From Alphaproteobacteria bacterium (GTDB lineage Bacteria; Pseudomonadota; Alphaproteobacteria; UBA7887): a stretch of DNA of 64,000 nt. Under the pieces are notes generated by a model. The model was not told where the DNA came from and did no database searches. It saw only the letters and a program-made list of their open reading frames with translations. Location: positions 4,672,001 to 4,736,000 of the forward strand of contig CBDCGL010000011.1 in assembly GCA_965216755.1 (NCBI GenBank). Direction: 5' to 3'. A program made the translations under genes and the position numbers. Every line of letters starts with the position of its first letter. Positions within the stretch are counted from its first letter, which is position 1. Shown here piece by piece: positions 60,863-64,000 of the stretch.

Positions 60863-62068
60863 ATGTTTCGTTTGTCCCAATTCGTGCGCGAGGTTTTTGA
60901 ACCGACTCCAAGCCGTCGCACGAACGGTCCGGCCGGACCGGTTGTCATTTGGAATTTGATTCGGCGATGTAATTTGCTTTGCAAACATTGCTATTCCATT
61001 TCGGCGGACAAGGATTTCCCCGGTGAGCTGACGACCGACGAAGTCTATGCGGTCATGGATGACCTGGCGGCATTTGGTGTGCCGGTCCTCATTCTATCGG
61101 GCGGGGAACCGCTTTTGCGCCCCGACATCTTCACCATATCGCGACGCGCCAAGGAGATAGGCTTTTATGTCGGTCTGTCGACCAACGGCACACTGATCGA
61201 CGCGACGAACATCGGCGAGATCGCTGCCGTCGACTACAACTATGTCGGCATCAGTATCGATGGCCTTCGTGCCACGCACGACAAGTTTCGTCGCCGCGAC
61301 GGGGCGTTTGATGCATCCATGCGCGGTGTGCGCTTGTGCCGCGATGCAGGTATCAAGGTCGGATTGCGATTCACCATGACGCAAGATAATGCCCATGAAC
61401 TAAGCGCATTGCTGGATCTCATGCGCACAGAGCGCGTGGACAAATTCTATCTTTCGCACTTGAATTACGCCGGGCGCGGCAACCACAACAGAAAGGATGA
61501 CGCCGTCTTTCAGGCGACGCGTGACGCCATGGACTTGCTGATCGAGACAAGTATGGAGGATGTGCGCCAAGGATATCGACGCGAGCTCGTCACCGGCAAC
61601 AACGACGCGGACGGCGTCTACTTGTTGCGGTGGGTCGAGTCGCATTTTCCGGAGCGAGCGGCGCGCATTCGGGACAAGCTGGTGGCATGGGGCGGCAATG
61701 CGTCGGGCGTGAACGTGGCCAACATCGACAATATCGGTGAGGTCCATCCCGATACGATGTGGTGGCACTATAGCCTCGGAAATGTGCGCAAGCGGCCGTT
61801 TTCCGAGATCTGGCCGGACACGACCGACCCGCTGATGGCGGGCCTGAAGGTTCGCCCGCGATCGGTGCACGGTCGTTGCGGTAAGTGCGCGTACCTTAGA
61901 ATATGTGGCGGAAATACGCGCGTGCGGGCGGAGCAGATTGCCGGAGATCCATGGGCAGAAGACCCGGGCTGCTATTTGACCAACGCTGAGATCGGCGTCG
62001 CCGAACATGGTGAACGCCTGACGACGACACCCTTTGCGGCGTCGCACGGTCGGCGCCGTATCGCTTGA
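60863..62068 (+). CDS. nirJ: Heme d1 biosynthesis radical SAM protein
   Basis: GPVVIWNLIRRCNLLCKHCY, SGGEPL, SHLNYAGRG, SPASM cysteines. Confidence 0.95.
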   Translation: MFRLSQFVREVFEPTPSRRTNGPAGPVVIWNLIRRCNLLCKHCYSISADKDFPGELTTDEVYAVMDDLAAFGVPVLILSGGEPLLRPDIFTISRRAKEIGFYVGLSTNGTLIDATNIGEIAAVDYNYVGISIDGLRATHDKFRRRDGAFDASMRGVRLCRDAGIKVGLRFTMTQDNAHELSALLDLMRTERVDKFYLSHLNYAGRGNHNRKDDAVFQATRDAMDLLIETSMEDVRQGYRRELVTGNNDADGVYLLRWVESHFPERAARIRDKLVAWGGNASGVNVANIDNIGEVHPDTMWWHYSLGNVRKRPFSEIWPDTTDPLMAGLKVRPRSVHGRCGKCAYLRICGGNTRVRAEQIAGDPWAEDPGCYLTNAEIGVAEHGERLTTTPFAASHGRRRIA

Positions 62069-63621
62069 TGCAGTTGACCAGGTTCTGTGTCGGTGTGTTT
62101 TTGTCGCTGTCTGTTGCGTCAAACGTGGCGCACGGTCAGACGGTATACGAACGCCATTGTGCGGCGTGCCACGGTGTTGATCGTTTGGGCGGCAGCGGTC
62201 CCGCCCTGTTGCCGGAAAACTTGCGGCGGTTGAAACGTGATCAAGCCCACGCCGTCATTCGTGACGGACGACCGGCAACGCAGATGCCGGGGTTTGGCGA
62301 GGATCTAGCCGCGCTGGATATCGAAGCGCTGGTTGAACTCATTTTCACGCCATTGCCAACGGCGCCGGTTTGGGGTGAAGAAGAGATAGCCGACAGCCAC
62401 GTTGTACATGTCGGCCGGGGCGCCTTGGTGGACAAGCCGACCCACGCAGCGGATCCGCTGAACTTGTTCACGGTGGTTGAAGCGGGCGACCATCATGTAA
62501 CGATATTGGACGGCGATACGTTCACGTCCCTCGTGCGGTTCCCGAGTCGTTTTGCACTGCATGGCGGCGCAAAATATTCACCGGACGGGCGCTTCGTGTA
62601 TCTCGCTTCGCGCGATGGCTGGATCAGCAAATACGATCTGTGGGGATTCGAACTTGTGGCCGAAATACGAGCAGGGATCAACACCCGCAATGCCGCCGTC
62701 TCCGGGGACGGGCGTTTTGTTGCCGTGGGCAACTATTTGCCGCACAGCGTGGTCATACTGGATGCTGCGGATTTGTCACTCCTCAAGATTGTTGATGCGG
62801 TTGGTGTTCGCGGCCAGACCTCCCGTGTCAGTGCAGTTTATGCCGCACCACCGCGCGATAGCTTTGTTGTCGCGCTGAAGGATGTGCCGGAGATCTGGGA
62901 AATCGCGACGAGCGAAGACGCCGGGCCTTTTTATGCCGGATTGGTACATTCTTTTGAACAAGGCATGGAGGAGGGCCTGGCGGCCGAGTCCGGCCTGTTC
63001 GCCGTGCGCCGGATCGTACTGGATGACTATCTGGACGATTTCTTTTTTGATGCAAAGTATCAACACGTTGTCGGCGCGGCGCGCAATGCGAAGAACGGAC
63101 AAGTCGTCAATTTGATTGTCGGGCGAAAGATTGCTGAGCTGAGTTTAGGTGGTATGCCGCATTTGGGGTCGGGAATCTACTGGCAGCAAGGCGGCCGTGA
63201 CGTGATGGCGACGCCTCATCTGGGTGAGGGCGTGATCAGCGTTATTGATATGAAGGAATGGCGGACCATCAAGTCCATTGAGACGCTCGGTCCGGGGTTT
63301 TTTATGCGCAGTCATCCATCCACGCCGTATCTCTGGGCAGACGTGTTTTTTGGACCCGACAAGGATGCCGTCCATGTCATTGATAAAGAGTCGCTGGCGA
63401 TTGTTGAGACATTGCGCCCGGAGCCCGGTAAGACGGCCGCCCACGTCGAGTTTACGCGCGACGGCCGGTTTGCTTTGGTGAGCGTGTGGGACAATGATGG
63501 AGCACTTGTTGTTTACGACGCCGCCACGCTTGAGATCGTCAAACGCATTCCGATGAACAAACCGGTCGGCAAATACAACGTGTTTAACAAAATCGGTTTT
63601 GTTGCCGGGACAAGCCACTAA
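62065..63621 (+). CDS. nirN: Dihydro-heme d1 dehydrogenase
   Basis: CAACHG, FALHGGAKYS, GMPHLGSG, KPVGKYNV. Confidence 0.92.
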   Translation: MMQLTRFCVGVFLSLSVASNVAHGQTVYERHCAACHGVDRLGGSGPALLPENLRRLKRDQAHAVIRDGRPATQMPGFGEDLAALDIEALVELIFTPLPTAPVWGEEEIADSHVVHVGRGALVDKPTHAADPLNLFTVVEAGDHHVTILDGDTFTSLVRFPSRFALHGGAKYSPDGRFVYLASRDGWISKYDLWGFELVAEIRAGINTRNAAVSGDGRFVAVGNYLPHSVVILDAADLSLLKIVDAVGVRGQTSRVSAVYAAPPRDSFVVALKDVPEIWEIATSEDAGPFYAGLVHSFEQGMEEGLAAESGLFAVRRIVLDDYLDDFFFDAKYQHVVGAARNAKNGQVVNLIVGRKIAELSLGGMPHLGSGIYWQQGGRDVMATPHLGEGVISVIDMKEWRTIKSIETLGPGFFMRSHPSTPYLWADVFFGPDKDAVHVIDKESLAIVETLRPEPGKTAAHVEFTRDGRFALVSVWDNDGALVVYDAATLEIVKRIPMNKPVGKYNVFNKIGFVAGTSH

Positions 63622-63622
63622 C

Positions 63623-64000
63623 ATGACTCGTTTCGCACGAACTTGGGCCGATGCGGCGTTGGTTTTGGTAGGTCACGGGTCGAGTGAATCGGATGAAGCC
63701 GCCCGCATTGTTGAAGGTCAGGCGCTGCAGCTCCAACAACGCACGCCATTTCGCCATGTGCAATGTGCCTTTCTGAAGGCGGATCCGACGATCTCCGTCG
63801 TGATCGATAGGTTGCAAACGAACCACGTATACATCGTGCCGATGATGATGGACGAGGGGCCACTTGCCGTGGACGTGTTGCCCAAGCTGGTGCGCGCATC
63901 GGCATCCGACGGCCAGACCGCTGGCGGGGATGTTGCGCGGCAGATCGACGTTTGTCGGCCTATCGGTGTTCACGCGGGCATAAGTGAAATCATCGCCGAA
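63623..64000 (+). CDS. cbiX: CbiX/SirB-type sirohydrochlorin chelatase (runs off the window; not in ORF track)
   Basis: Manual translation MTRFARTWADAALVLVGHGSSE...CAFLKADP...YIVPMMMDEG...RPIGVH; open frame to the window end. Confidence 0.78.
   Translation, partial: MTRFARTWADAALVLVGHGSSESDEAARIVEGQALQLQQRTPFRHVQCAFLKADPTISVVIDRLQTNHVYIVPMMMDEGPLAVDVLPKLVRASASDGQTAGGDVARQIDVCRPIGVHAGISEIIAE

Overview
GC-rich (roughly 60% by eye) alphaproteobacterial chromosome segment, probably Rhodospirillales-like. 0-31 kb is mostly housekeeping and metabolic: Hsp20, MoxR/VWA pair, Tat-signal amidase, panB, typA, PimC/D-type acyl-CoA dehydrogenases, sugar-acid dehydratases, an orphan Panacea-domain gene, a 10-gene Mrp antiporter operon, ergothioneine genes, an ABC pair and an (R)-amine-transaminase-like enzyme. 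32-40.5 kb is accessory: a small secreted Cys/His protein with an unassigned outer-membrane barrel, then a three-gene phage-derived cassette ending at tRNA-Pro(TGG). 42-64 kb is a denitrification island with FNR/DNR boxes: a porin, a DNR-like regulator, and a heme-copper enzyme whose active-site Tyr is replaced by Gln (eNOR-type NO reductase). That enzyme is clustered with heme O synthase, Sco, an unusual cytochrome b/2x[4Fe-4S]/MvhD fusion, a periplasmic Cys-pair protein and hemerythrin, followed by nirI and a full nirS-E-C-F-D-L-G-H-J-N-cbiX cluster. The eNOR accessory redox module is the best candidate for an uncharacterised system. All calls come from motif recognition by eye; no searches were run.
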